IMG/VR virus record: IMGVR_UViG_3300045988_152528
Location: 1-33,012 of that record
Reading direction: 5' to 3' (one strand)
Length of the DNA: 33,012 bases
Origin: a virus
Shown: positions 15,555 through 24,458 of the stretch, piece by piece
How positions within the stretch are numbered: the first letter of the stretch is position 1
Layout of the letters: every line of letters starts with the position of its first letter
Translations under genes and position numbers: made by a program
Notes under the pieces: generated by a model
Seen by the model: the letters and a program-made list of their open reading frames with translations, nothing else
What the model was told of the DNA's origin: nothing
The model's database searches: none

Positions 15555-17199
15555 TTACATACTGAAATATTATCAATCAATTCAGGACGGCTCCGCAGTT
15601 GTTGGGAAATGGATTCGATTATTTTACGAATACATCATAAAAGGGCTGGAAAGCCAGCAGTTTATATTTGACCAGAAAAAGGCAAACAGGGCTATAAAAT
15701 TCATTGAAACTTTTTGCCATCATTGCGAAGGCAGGGATGATCTTCTGAAACTGGAGACATGGCAAAAATCCACTGTGTCAATTATGTTCGGTATCGTTGA
15801 CGAGGCGGGAATACGAATTTTCAGAGAGTTTCTAATTGTCATCGGAAGAAAAAACGGAAAAACACTGTTTGCATCCGGGATTATCGCTTACTGCTTATTC
15901 CTTGACGGAGAGTATGGAGCAAAGGTGTTTTGTGTAGCCCCGAAGCTGGATCAGGCTGATTTAGTGTATCAATCGTTCTGGCAGACCATTCAAAAAGAAC
16001 CGGAATTACAAGCACTAATAAAAAGACGGAAATCAGATTTTTATGTGGAAAGCACGAACAGCAGCGTCAAGAAAATTGCTTTTAACGCAAAGAAGTCGGA
16101 CGGCTTCAATCCACATCTGACAGTTTGCGATGAGGTGGCCAGTTGGCCGGGGGACCAGGGGCTGAAACAATATGAGGTCATGAAATCGGCCTTGGGTGCA
16201 AGAAAGCAGCCAATCATTCTTTCAATCAGCACATCGGGGTATATCAATGAGGGAATCTATGATGAGCTGGTAAAAAGAGCAACCAGGTTCCTGCTTGGAG
16301 ATTCAAAAGAAAAGCGCCTGGCGCCATTTTTATACATGATTGACGATGTGGAAAAATGGAACGACATCAACGAACTGAGAAAATCGAACCCAAACTTAGG
16401 TGTGTCGGTATCAGTGGATTATCTGATAGAAGAAATTGCAATCGCAGAAGGAAGCTTAAGTAAAAAAGCGGAATTCATGACGAAGTACTGCAATATTAAA
16501 CAGAACAGTACACAGGCATGGTTATCGGCACAGGATGTAGAAAAATGCTGCGGGAATCCATTGCGACTTGAAGACTTTAGAGACTCCTATTGCGTCGGAG
16601 GGATTGACCTATCTCAAACAACAGACCTCACAGCCTGTACGGCAGTCATTGAAAAAGATGAAAAATTATACGTCTTAGCGCAGTTTTTCTTGCCTGCGGA
16701 AAAGATAGAGGAGGCAACGATAAGAGATGGACTTCCCTATCAGGCATATGTGCAGAGAGGGATACTGAAGCTATCGGGGGAAAATTTTGTTGATTATCAA
16801 GACTGTTTTGACTGGTTCAAAATGCTTGTCGAAGAATACAGCATTTATCCCCTTCAGACAGGATATGACCGCTATACGGCCCAATACCTGGTACAGGATA
16901 TGAAACAATATGGCTTTCACATGGATGACGTTTATCAAGGCTACAACCTAACGCCGGTAATCCAGGAGACGGAAGGGATGATAAAAGATGGAGTGGTTTG
17001 CATCGGAGATAATGACCTATTAAAAGTACATCTGTTAAACATGGCATTAAAGATTGACGCAGAAAGCGGAAAACGTAAGGCAATTAAAATAACACAATCG
17101 GATCATATCGATGGAGGAGCCGCACTACTGGATGCTATGACAGTGAGACAAAAATGGTATGGAGAGATAGGAGGGCAGTTGAAAAATGGGGCTGTTTAA
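15547..17199 (+). CDS. terL: Terminase large subunit (Terminase_1-like), 550 aa.
   Basis: Walker A IGRKNGKT; Walker B-like LTVCDEV; C-terminal nuclease region. The size and position are typical. Confidence 0.9.
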   Translation: MDNYILKYYQSIQDGSAVVGKWIRLFYEYIIKGLESQQFIFDQKKANRAIKFIETFCHHCEGRDDLLKLETWQKSTVSIMFGIVDEAGIRIFREFLIVIGRKNGKTLFASGIIAYCLFLDGEYGAKVFCVAPKLDQADLVYQSFWQTIQKEPELQALIKRRKSDFYVESTNSSVKKIAFNAKKSDGFNPHLTVCDEVASWPGDQGLKQYEVMKSALGARKQPIILSISTSGYINEGIYDELVKRATRFLLGDSKEKRLAPFLYMIDDVEKWNDINELRKSNPNLGVSVSVDYLIEEIAIAEGSLSKKAEFMTKYCNIKQNSTQAWLSAQDVEKCCGNPLRLEDFRDSYCVGGIDLSQTTDLTACTAVIEKDEKLYVLAQFFLPAEKIEEATIRDGLPYQAYVQRGILKLSGENFVDYQDCFDWFKMLVEEYSIYPLQTGYDRYTAQYLVQDMKQYGFHMDDVYQGYNLTPVIQETEGMIKDGVVCIGDNDLLKVHLLNMALKIDAESGKRKAIKITQSDHIDGGAALLDAMTVRQKWYGEIGGQLKNGAV

Positions 17200-18370
17200 T
17201 AAAGTGTTTAAAAGACCAGTAAAAGGCAATGCGGCCGATTTCTTTCAGACCTTTACCGGATACACGCCAATCTTTACAAGTTGGAATGGTGCTGTTTATG
17301 AGAGCGAGCTTGTCCGGGCCGCGATCCATGCGAGGGCAACGCATATCAGCAAATTATCGGTCACTCCGCAGGGAAGCGCAAAGCCAAAGTTACAAACGAA
17401 GTTAAAGAATGGGCCAAACCAATGGCAAACATGGGGGCAGTTTCTATACCGGTTATCAACGATTCTTGATGTACAAAACACAGCGTTTATTGTTCCAGTA
17501 GAGGATGATTACGGAGAGATAACCGGAATATATCCGATTCTTCCGTCACTGTGCGAGATAAAAGATTACAGAGGGGAACCGTGGCTTTCTTACACATTCC
17601 AAAATGGGAACACGGCTGTAGTCGAAATGAATCGATGCGGCATTATGACAAAGTTTCAGTATTCGGATGATTTTTTTGGAGAGTCAAATACGGCACTGAC
17701 ACCGACAATGGAGCTGATTGATATTCAAAATCAGGGGATACAAGAGGCAGTTAAAAACTCGGCAACCTTCCGATTTATGGCGCGGGTTACTAATTTTACA
17801 AAAACAGAAGACTTGACAAAAGAACGGGAACGTTTTACAAACGAAAATTTAAAAAAAGAATCCGGCGGAGTTCTGCTTTTCCCCAATACATATTCGGATA
17901 TCAAACAGATACAATCAAGCCCATTTGTGATTGATGCACAGCAGATGACAGCAATCAAAACAAACGTATTTAATTATTACGGGGTAAACGACGACATACT
18001 ACAAAACAAAGCCTACGGGGATGCATGGAGCGCATTTTACGAGGGGGGAATCGAACCGTTTGCCGTTCAGTTTTCAGACGTCACAACAAAAATGCTGTTC
18101 AGTGAAAAAGAACGGGCCGCAAAATCATTCATCATGGCGACGGCGAATCGACTGCAATATATGAGCAATTCAGAAAAGTTAAACGTATCAGCGCAGATGG
18201 CAGACCGGGGAATCATGAACCGGGACGAAATCAGAGAAATATGGAACCTTCCGCCGATCCCCAATGGAATGGGGCAGGCGTACAGTATCCGAGGGGAATA
18301 CTATCTCCTGGGAATTGATGGAAGCATAACAAAGAAAGGGGATGACCTGACAAGTGGCACTGACAAATAA
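17186..18370 (+). CDS. Portal protein (HK97 family-like), 394 aa.
   Basis: Follows TerL with an overlap; YESELVRAAIHARATHISKLS motif typical of HK97-type portals. Confidence 0.85.
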   Translation: MGLFNKVFKRPVKGNAADFFQTFTGYTPIFTSWNGAVYESELVRAAIHARATHISKLSVTPQGSAKPKLQTKLKNGPNQWQTWGQFLYRLSTILDVQNTAFIVPVEDDYGEITGIYPILPSLCEIKDYRGEPWLSYTFQNGNTAVVEMNRCGIMTKFQYSDDFFGESNTALTPTMELIDIQNQGIQEAVKNSATFRFMARVTNFTKTEDLTKERERFTNENLKKESGGVLLFPNTYSDIKQIQSSPFVIDAQQMTAIKTNVFNYYGVNDDILQNKAYGDAWSAFYEGGIEPFAVQFSDVTTKMLFSEKERAAKSFIMATANRLQYMSNSEKLNVSAQMADRGIMNRDEIREIWNLPPIPNGMGQAYSIRGEYYLLGIDGSITKKGDDLTSGTDK

Positions 18371-18992
18371 ACAGATTAATAAACTGGAAGATGGCCGGGA
18401 ATATCGAGGCATGACGATGAGCGTCAGGGCCTTGGAAGAAGAACCGGACGCTATGATGGTAGAAGGATACGCAACTACATTTAATCAGCCCTATACCTTG
18501 TGCGAGGGCAGATATTACAAAATAATCGAGCAGATAGACCCAGGAGCCTTTACGGAATGCGACATGTCGGATGTAATCATGCAGTACGATCATGAAGGGC
18601 GTGTGTTCGCGAGAAATAAAAACAATACGTTGAAGCTGGAAGTTGATTCCGTGGGGCTGAAAATCACAGCGGACCTATCAGGGACAGATATCGGACGTCA
18701 ATTATATCAGGAGATAAAAGGCGGATATACAGATAAGATGTCGTTTGGATTTACGGTAAAGGAAGACCAGAAAACCTATACGGAAGATTACGAAAACGAC
18801 GTTGAAACCTGTCTTAGGACAATAAAAAAGATAAGCAAGCTATATGATGTCAGCCCGGTATCAATACCGGCCAACGATGCGACATCAATTAGCGCCCGGA
18901 AATTTAGCGACGGAGTGATCGCGGAAATTGAAGCGGAGAGACTGGAACGGGCGAGAAAATTAAAAAAACTAAATTTACTGATGGAGGTATGA
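18354..18992 (+). CDS. Prohead maturation protease (HK97 / S78 family-like), 212 aa.
   Basis: VEGYATTFNQPY...GAF...MQYDHEG...SFGF pattern, located between portal and capsid. The start codon is uncertain (GTG at 18354 or ATG at 18411). Confidence 0.8.
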   Translation: MALTNKQINKLEDGREYRGMTMSVRALEEEPDAMMVEGYATTFNQPYTLCEGRYYKIIEQIDPGAFTECDMSDVIMQYDHEGRVFARNKNNTLKLEVDSVGLKITADLSGTDIGRQLYQEIKGGYTDKMSFGFTVKEDQKTYTEDYENDVETCLRTIKKISKLYDVSPVSIPANDATSISARKFSDGVIAEIEAERLERARKLKKLNLLMEV

Positions 18993-18993
18993 A

Positions 18994-20184
18994 ATGACAA
19001 TTAAAGAAATGATGATGAGTGACATTGAAGAGAGAATGGCAGCGATTAAGACGGAAATGGAAAACAGGGATGCCGATCTAGATGCACTGACAGAAGAAGT
19101 TAGGCAGTTGAAAGAACGCAGAGCAGAACTGGAAGCGCAGGCGGAAAAGAGAAGAAAGTTAGAGGATGACGTCAGGGAAAATGGAGTGACAACAAGAAAG
19201 CTGAAAGACCTTGGAGGAGAAAATGAGGCCGAGGCACGGGCGAAAAAGTTTGCAGAGACAGGAAAAACCAATGTCAAATCAGAAGAAGTTCGTTCTGTTC
19301 TGGTAAGCGGAGGGAAGCTGGCGACGCCGACACAGGTAAGCGGTATTAACGATAGTGTAGGAAAAAAAGTATCAAGCATTATTGACTTGGTAAAAATCGT
19401 CAACTGTACCGGCATGGGGAGTAATAAAGTTGCCTATATCGATACGGACGCGGCAGCGGCAGACAACCAGACAGAAGGAGAGGCGGCCACGAATAAAGAG
19501 CCGACCTTTGGATTTGTTACCATCACGCCGGATTCCGTGGCTGTTTTATCATACATCTCAAAGCAGGCGAAAAAACAGACACCGCTTGCCTATCAGCAGA
19601 AGGTACACGAGCAGGCGTTAATCTCTTTGAGAAAAAAAGCTGCAATTTTGGTTACAACAGCATTAAAAGAATCCGACCTGAATGAAACAGTCGCCGCTAC
19701 AGTAACCGGCTCTAAGGGCGTCATTGATGAAAAAACCTTAAGAAAAATCACACTGGCATACGGGGGAGACGAAAGCGTCGTTGGTGGAGCTGTGCTGTTT
19801 TTAAACAAGCTTGACCTGATTGCGTTTGGAGATGTAAGAGGAACGAATGAGAAAAAGGCGGTATATGAAATCGAACCGGATACAGATAACCCCAATACCG
19901 GAATTATCAAAGACGGCGGCCTGTCGGTGCGTTACTGCATCAATAGCAATTTGACTGCCTGCGCCGGAACTACACAGTCTGCATCAGCCGATACGCTGAC
20001 GATGTTCTATGGAAATCCACAGTGTTTCGAACTTGATTTATTTTCTGATTATGAAATCCGCATATCAGAAGATTTTGCCTTTGATAAACTCATGGATACG
20101 ATCCGGGGAGATGTGGAAATTGGAGGAGATGTTGTAGTGAAGAACGGATTTGTGGCCCTGAAGATTCCAAAAAGCGGAGCGTAA
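18994..20184 (+). CDS. Major capsid protein (HK97 fold) with an N-terminal coiled-coil delta/scaffold domain, 396 aa.
   Basis: Charged coiled-coil N-terminus (residues ~1-100), then a capsid-like body. Position is after the protease. Confidence 0.85.
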   Translation: MTIKEMMMSDIEERMAAIKTEMENRDADLDALTEEVRQLKERRAELEAQAEKRRKLEDDVRENGVTTRKLKDLGGENEAEARAKKFAETGKTNVKSEEVRSVLVSGGKLATPTQVSGINDSVGKKVSSIIDLVKIVNCTGMGSNKVAYIDTDAAAADNQTEGEAATNKEPTFGFVTITPDSVAVLSYISKQAKKQTPLAYQQKVHEQALISLRKKAAILVTTALKESDLNETVAATVTGSKGVIDEKTLRKITLAYGGDESVVGGAVLFLNKLDLIAFGDVRGTNEKKAVYEIEPDTDNPNTGIIKDGGLSVRYCINSNLTACAGTTQSASADTLTMFYGNPQCFELDLFSDYEIRISEDFAFDKLMDTIRGDVEIGGDVVVKNGFVALKIPKSGA

Positions 20185-20197
20185 AAAGAAGGGATAA

Positions 20198-20482
20198 TTG
20201 GCTATGCTGGAAAAAGTGAAGATGGCACTGAGAATCAAAACGACAGCCTTTGACTCGGAGATAGAGGACCTTATCCAGGCGGCCCTGAAGGACTTAGAAA
20301 TCGCAGGAGTAAGCAATAAAAATCATGACGATCCATTGATTGGCCGCGCAGTAATTACATACTGCGCGGTGTATTTGGGACCGGGCGCCCAAATGGAACG
20401 AATGAAGGCAGCCTATGACGAACAGAAAGCCCAGATGCAGATGGCAACCGGGTACGGACTGCCGGAGGAGGAAGGGCTGTGA
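20198..20482 (+). CDS. Head-tail connector (gp6-like), 94 aa.
   Basis: LEKVKMALRIKTTAFDSEIEDLIQAALKDLEIAGV is the classic gp6-like N-terminus. Confidence 0.75.
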   Translation: MAMLEKVKMALRIKTTAFDSEIEDLIQAALKDLEIAGVSNKNHDDPLIGRAVITYCAVYLGPGAQMERMKAAYDEQKAQMQMATGYGLPEEEGL

Positions 20483-20787
20483 AAAATGAAGAATGTATAC
20501 TGATAACCAGAAAAGCGACTGGAGCCGACATTTCCAATAAGGAGACGGGGGTCTTTTGTGAAAAGAAATCGGTAGTAAGAAACGAATATTACGCAGCTTA
20601 CGCCGTTGGACTTCGGCCAAGGTTAACTCTAACCATATATCAGCCGGATTACGAATTGAGTTTTGTGGAAAACGATGACGGAACCATAGAGGAACCATCA
20701 CAAGTCATATACAACGACAGAAAATATAATATATACCGAGCGTATGAAGTGCAGGAAAATGATGAAGTGGAATTGACGATTGGGTGA
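20479..20787 (+). CDS. Head closure protein (gp8-like position), 102 aa.
   Basis: Gene order and size; overlapping starts and stops. Confidence 0.55.
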   Translation: MKNEECILITRKATGADISNKETGVFCEKKSVVRNEYYAAYAVGLRPRLTLTIYQPDYELSFVENDDGTIEEPSQVIYNDRKYNIYRAYEVQENDEVELTIG

Positions 20788-20791
20788 TGCT

Positions 20792-21244
20792 ATGAAAGTG
20801 AATATGGATTACGAGGAGTCGGTGAAGTCAATTGACGAGATGTTGAATGCTCTTCCGAAAGAGTTGCAGAACCAGGAAAAAGCAGTTTTAGGGAAAATCG
20901 GGAGAAACATTAAAAAGAATGTGGTCCGGTTCCTGCACAACTCCGACGTTGAGACAAGGGCAAAACAAATTATGCCGTCAAACTATGACGGCAGCAGGCC
21001 ATATATCCATCTGAAGGATGACGTGCAGTCGAGCGTCAGAAAAGATAAGATGGGAAATTATTATGTGAGCGTGCGCGGAGGGAAAATGACAGGATATAAG
21101 TGGGGACCGGTCAGCGATGGGCATATAGCTAGGGACGGCGTGTCATTTGTACAGGGAACTAATTTCATGGCGCGCGCGGTAACTGCGTCTGAAGGAGACA
21201 CAAATAAAATAATCGACGAGATGGTGAAGAAGGTGGTGCAGTAA
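20792..21244 (+). CDS. HK97 gp10-like tail/neck component (150 aa; the ORF track uses a TTG at 20780).
   Basis: Gene order; ...FMARAV... C-terminal pattern of the gp10 family. Confidence 0.6.
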   Translation: MKVNMDYEESVKSIDEMLNALPKELQNQEKAVLGKIGRNIKKNVVRFLHNSDVETRAKQIMPSNYDGSRPYIHLKDDVQSSVRKDKMGNYYVSVRGGKMTGYKWGPVSDGHIARDGVSFVQGTNFMARAVTASEGDTNKIIDEMVKKVVQ

Positions 21245-21570
21245 TGGAAATAAAAAGCTTGATTGTAGAATCATTAAAGATACCTGTCATTGAATTGTTT
21301 GAACCAATCATACCTCCATGCGCAACATGGTCCCATCTTTCGGATACGTCGGGTCTGGAAGGTGATGGAGCCGAAAGTGAAGGACTGGAAGGATATCAAA
21401 TTGATGTTTGGGACAGAAACCGGGAAACAATCAAAACAAGGGCAAGAAAACTGAGCGAAGACATCCAGATGAACGCATCAACTACAATACCGGATATTAC
21501 ATACATGTATGACACAAACGGGAAAGCGTGGCGTGCCATGATCCAGTTTTCGAAAATAAGAGAGGAGTAA
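21244..21570 (+). CDS. Tail completion / neck protein (108 aa).
   Basis: Gene order only. Confidence 0.45.
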   Translation: MEIKSLIVESLKIPVIELFEPIIPPCATWSHLSDTSGLEGDGAESEGLEGYQIDVWDRNRETIKTRARKLSEDIQMNASTTIPDITYMYDTNGKAWRAMIQFSKIREE

Positions 21571-21573
21571 AAC

Positions 21574-22167
21574 ATGGCGGTAAATAAATCAAAGAAAACA
21601 AATCGTATCAATATCAAAAACATGGTTTATGCACTGTTAACAAGCGATACAGCGGCTGGGACTGAATATGGAGAGGTAAAGCCACTTGGGAAGGCAATGC
21701 AGGTGCAGCTTACACCGTCGCTGGCCTCCGGTGTACTGTACGGAGAGGGAGCGCAATCAGAAAACATTGCAAAGTTGAATGGAATAGCCGCAGTATTGGA
21801 CGTTAACAAAATTGCAATTGAAGACCGCGCAGAAATCCTGGGGCATAAATACGAAAACGGAATCCTGATCGAGAAAGCGGGAGACGAAGCTCCATTTTTA
21901 GCGGTTGGATTTGAAGTGGAAGGGACCAACAAGTGTAATGAATTAGTTTGGCTTTTAAAAGGACGGGCGCAGCCGTTTAACGGAACCATGCAGCAGTCGA
22001 CAGACAGTATCAACTTTTCAACAGACAGCATTACAATTAATTTCGTTCCGCGTGATTTTGACGGAGAGTTAAGATACTTTGCAGATACAGCAAACGCGGA
22101 CTTAACAACAAAGCAAATCGAAGATTGGTTTAAAACCGGACCGTCAACGCCGCCGGCAGCGAAATAA
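21574..22167 (+). CDS. Major tail protein (siphovirus tube, phi13-like), 197 aa.
   Basis: Position directly before the chaperone pair and the tape measure; size is typical. Confidence 0.75.
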   Translation: MAVNKSKKTNRINIKNMVYALLTSDTAAGTEYGEVKPLGKAMQVQLTPSLASGVLYGEGAQSENIAKLNGIAAVLDVNKIAIEDRAEILGHKYENGILIEKAGDEAPFLAVGFEVEGTNKCNELVWLLKGRAQPFNGTMQQSTDSINFSTDSITINFVPRDFDGELRYFADTANADLTTKQIEDWFKTGPSTPPAAK

Positions 22168-22178
22168 GGAGAATTGCA

Positions 22179-22556
22179 ATGGCAAAGTTTATTGATATTA
22201 GTCCAGCCGAAGAAATCGTATTAAGAGACCCAGAAAATAAACGAGAGTTACACGGAATTTTCAATATGAAGTGTGTTTTTATATTTCAAAACAAATTGGC
22301 AGAGATGAAAATTAATAAGGACACGTTACAGAAAGTTGATATGCTGGCTCTGTGCCTATTTTCTGCGGTGAATGCTTCGGAGGAAATGGAATTAAGTTAT
22401 TCGGATGCGGCGGTGCTGTCAAAACGTATGGCGCCTTCTTCCGGGGCGGAAATAATAAGAATGTTCAATGAATCATTAATGAATTCTTTGGATGAAGAGA
22501 GGCAGGAAGAAATAAAAAAAATTATGGATCGGCTCATGACGAATCTGTCGCTATAA
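22179..22556 (+). CDS. Tail assembly chaperone G (125 aa).
   Basis: Position between the tube and tape measure genes. Contains the slippery heptamer near its 3' end. Confidence 0.75.
   Translation: MAKFIDISPAEEIVLRDPENKRELHGIFNMKCVFIFQNKLAEMKINKDTLQKVDMLALCLFSAVNASEEMELSYSDAAVLSKRMAPSSGAEIIRMFNESLMNSLDEERQEEIKKIMDRLMTNLSL
22514..22520 (+). other. Programmed -1 ribosomal frameshift heptamer A_AAA_AAA, producing a G-T fusion (22179-22795).
   Basis: The zero frame reads ata|aaa|aaa|att. From 22520 the -1 frame (aat tat gga tcg gct cat gac ...) is open with no stop and runs into ORF 22574-22795. Confidence 0.7.
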
Positions 22557-22795
22557 ATTTTGATTTTGATTATTTGTATTATATGTACTGTATCAAAATG
22601 AAAAGAACCGATCCGGAGTTTTGGACATCTACATTTAGAAAAATCATAAAGATGATTGACATGTATGTAGATGAAAAAAACATGCAGAATGCGGCAATTA
22701 ACGAAGAAGTATACGAATCAAAATATTTTAACGATAGAAGAGAAAGTGAAACGATAAGCAGCATGAAACAGATCGAGGGGTGGGATATTGGGTAA
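22520..22795 (+). CDS. T extension of the tail assembly chaperone. It is in the -1 frame and expressed only as the G-T fusion.
   Basis: 22574 is in the -1 frame relative to 22179. No convincing independent RBS. Confidence 0.6.
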   Translation, partial: NYGSAHDESVAINFDFDYLYYMYCIKMKRTDPEFWTSTFRKIIKMIDMYVDEKNMQNAAINEEVYESKYFNDRRESETISSMKQIEGWDIG

Positions 22796-24458
22796 CACAT
22801 ATAAAAAAACAATTGTGTTAGGTCTTGACTATTCGGATTTTTCGGGAGGCATTACGGAGTGCAACCGAAAAATGGGAGTTTTAACAGCGGAATTCAATAG
22901 AGCATCGGAAGAGGCTAAAGTATACGGAACGGAAACAGACCAGCTCAGAATTAAGCACGATTTCCTCACTCAGAAAATCGAATTACAGAAAAAGATTGTT
23001 TCTGAAGCTGCAAAAAGCTATGACAAAGCAACAAGTGCAAATAAAAATAATGAAAAGGCGGTAGATGCCGCGGACAAAGCCCTTTTACAACAAAGGACAA
23101 GTCTTTTGAAATTGGAAGGACAATTGAAAGAGACGGAAAAGGCAATGGGGGCAGCGGAGAAAAAGAACGATTCATTTGGAGAATCCATACGAAAAACAGC
23201 AGATTTTTTCGGAATAGAAATGAATCCGGCTTTGGAATCATTCGCTTCTAAATTTGACGGAGTAAACAAGCAGTTGTTTGAAGGAGCTGCCCTGATAGGG
23301 GGAATTACGGGAATATACGCAAATCTCAGTCTCGAGTTATCCAGAACGGCCGATAACCTATTGACACTATCATCAACAAGCGGATTATCGACAGATACAT
23401 TACAGGAATTACAGTACGCTTCAGAATTTGTTGACGTATCAGTTGAAACAATGAACGGGTCGATGGCAAAAATGATTCGGACGATGTCAGACGCGCGGGA
23501 CGGGAATAAAGATTTACAAAAGGAGTTTGCCAGACTTGGAGTGAGGTACAAGGAGACAGACGGGACGTTGAGAGATGCCGAAACAACGTTTTATGATTTA
23601 ATCGATGCATTGGGAAATGTAAACAATGAAACAGAGAGAGACAGTATGGCGATGGATATATTTGGACGCTCCGCAAGGGATTTAAATCCATTAATCGAAG
23701 CTGGCAGCAAACGCCTAAGAGAACTTGGAAATCAAGCGCACGAGGCGGGGTATGTGTTAAGCAATGACTTATTGCAAAGTGCAGGAGAGCTTGACGATGA
23801 AATGCAGGAAATGAACAGGAAAGTAGAGGCGGTAAAATTACAATTGGGAATTGCCCTGCTTCCGATACTTACAAAATTAGTAGATATAATAGGTTCAATT
23901 CCAACGCCAGTTCTTGTGGCGTCTGCGGTTTTTGGCACCCTGCTTATAGTGTTCGGATTTGTAACAAAAGCTATCATATCTTTCAGGACACAATCATTAT
24001 TAGCTGCCGCCGCATCTGCAACGCTTGGAGCTGGGGGAGCATCAGCAACGGCGGGATTGGCTCCGCTATTAATAGTATTGCTTGCAATTGCAGCGGCTAT
24101 TGCCTTGGTCGTTGGAGGGGCGTCGGCCATAAAAGAGTCAATGAGCGAAGTAAAAACGGTTGGAAATGAAATAGTAAATGCGGCACAAAAGAGCGGACAA
24201 TCGAAACCGAAATATAATGCCAGAGGAACAGAGTATTACGGTGGAGGTGAAACTTGGGTAGGCGAAGAAGGTCCAGAGCTTGTAGAATTGCCGCGTGGCA
24301 GCAGGATATATAGCAATCGCGATTCGTCAAGGATGAAAGGTTCGGGAAATACTTACATATTCAACATCCAGTCGGAAAATGTGAAGGAATTTAACAGGCT
24401 TGTCGAAATGGCAGAACGGGAACAGATGGCATACCGAACGGGGGTGGCAAGAATCTAA
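22788..24458 (+). CDS. Tape measure protein (556 aa).
   Basis: Coiled-coil N-half, hydrophobic Ala/Gly-rich segments (LLAAAASATLGAGGASATAGLAPLLIVLLAIAAAIALVVGG), and position after the G/GT pair. Confidence 0.85.
   Translation: MGNTYKKTIVLGLDYSDFSGGITECNRKMGVLTAEFNRASEEAKVYGTETDQLRIKHDFLTQKIELQKKIVSEAAKSYDKATSANKNNEKAVDAADKALLQQRTSLLKLEGQLKETEKAMGAAEKKNDSFGESIRKTADFFGIEMNPALESFASKFDGVNKQLFEGAALIGGITGIYANLSLELSRTADNLLTLSSTSGLSTDTLQELQYASEFVDVSVETMNGSMAKMIRTMSDARDGNKDLQKEFARLGVRYKETDGTLRDAETTFYDLIDALGNVNNETERDSMAMDIFGRSARDLNPLIEAGSKRLRELGNQAHEAGYVLSNDLLQSAGELDDEMQEMNRKVEAVKLQLGIALLPILTKLVDIIGSIPTPVLVASAVFGTLLIVFGFVTKAIISFRTQSLLAAAASATLGAGGASATAGLAPLLIVLLAIAAAIALVVGGASAIKESMSEVKTVGNEIVNAAQKSGQSKPKYNARGTEYYGGGETWVGEEGPELVELPRGSRIYSNRDSSRMKGSGNTYIFNIQSENVKEFNRLVEMAEREQMAYRTGVARI

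Noticed and set aside
18975-19415. Antisense ORFs inside structural genes: 18975-19415, 21627-22031, 23018-23551, 23732-24130 and 27907-28296. Also same-strand out-of-frame ORFs such as 29769-30101 and 30590-31030.
   Set aside because: They lie entirely within confidently assigned genes or across intergenic regulatory DNA. Their Ser/Ala-rich or Arg/Pro-rich composition is typical of off-frame translation, and they lack RBSs.
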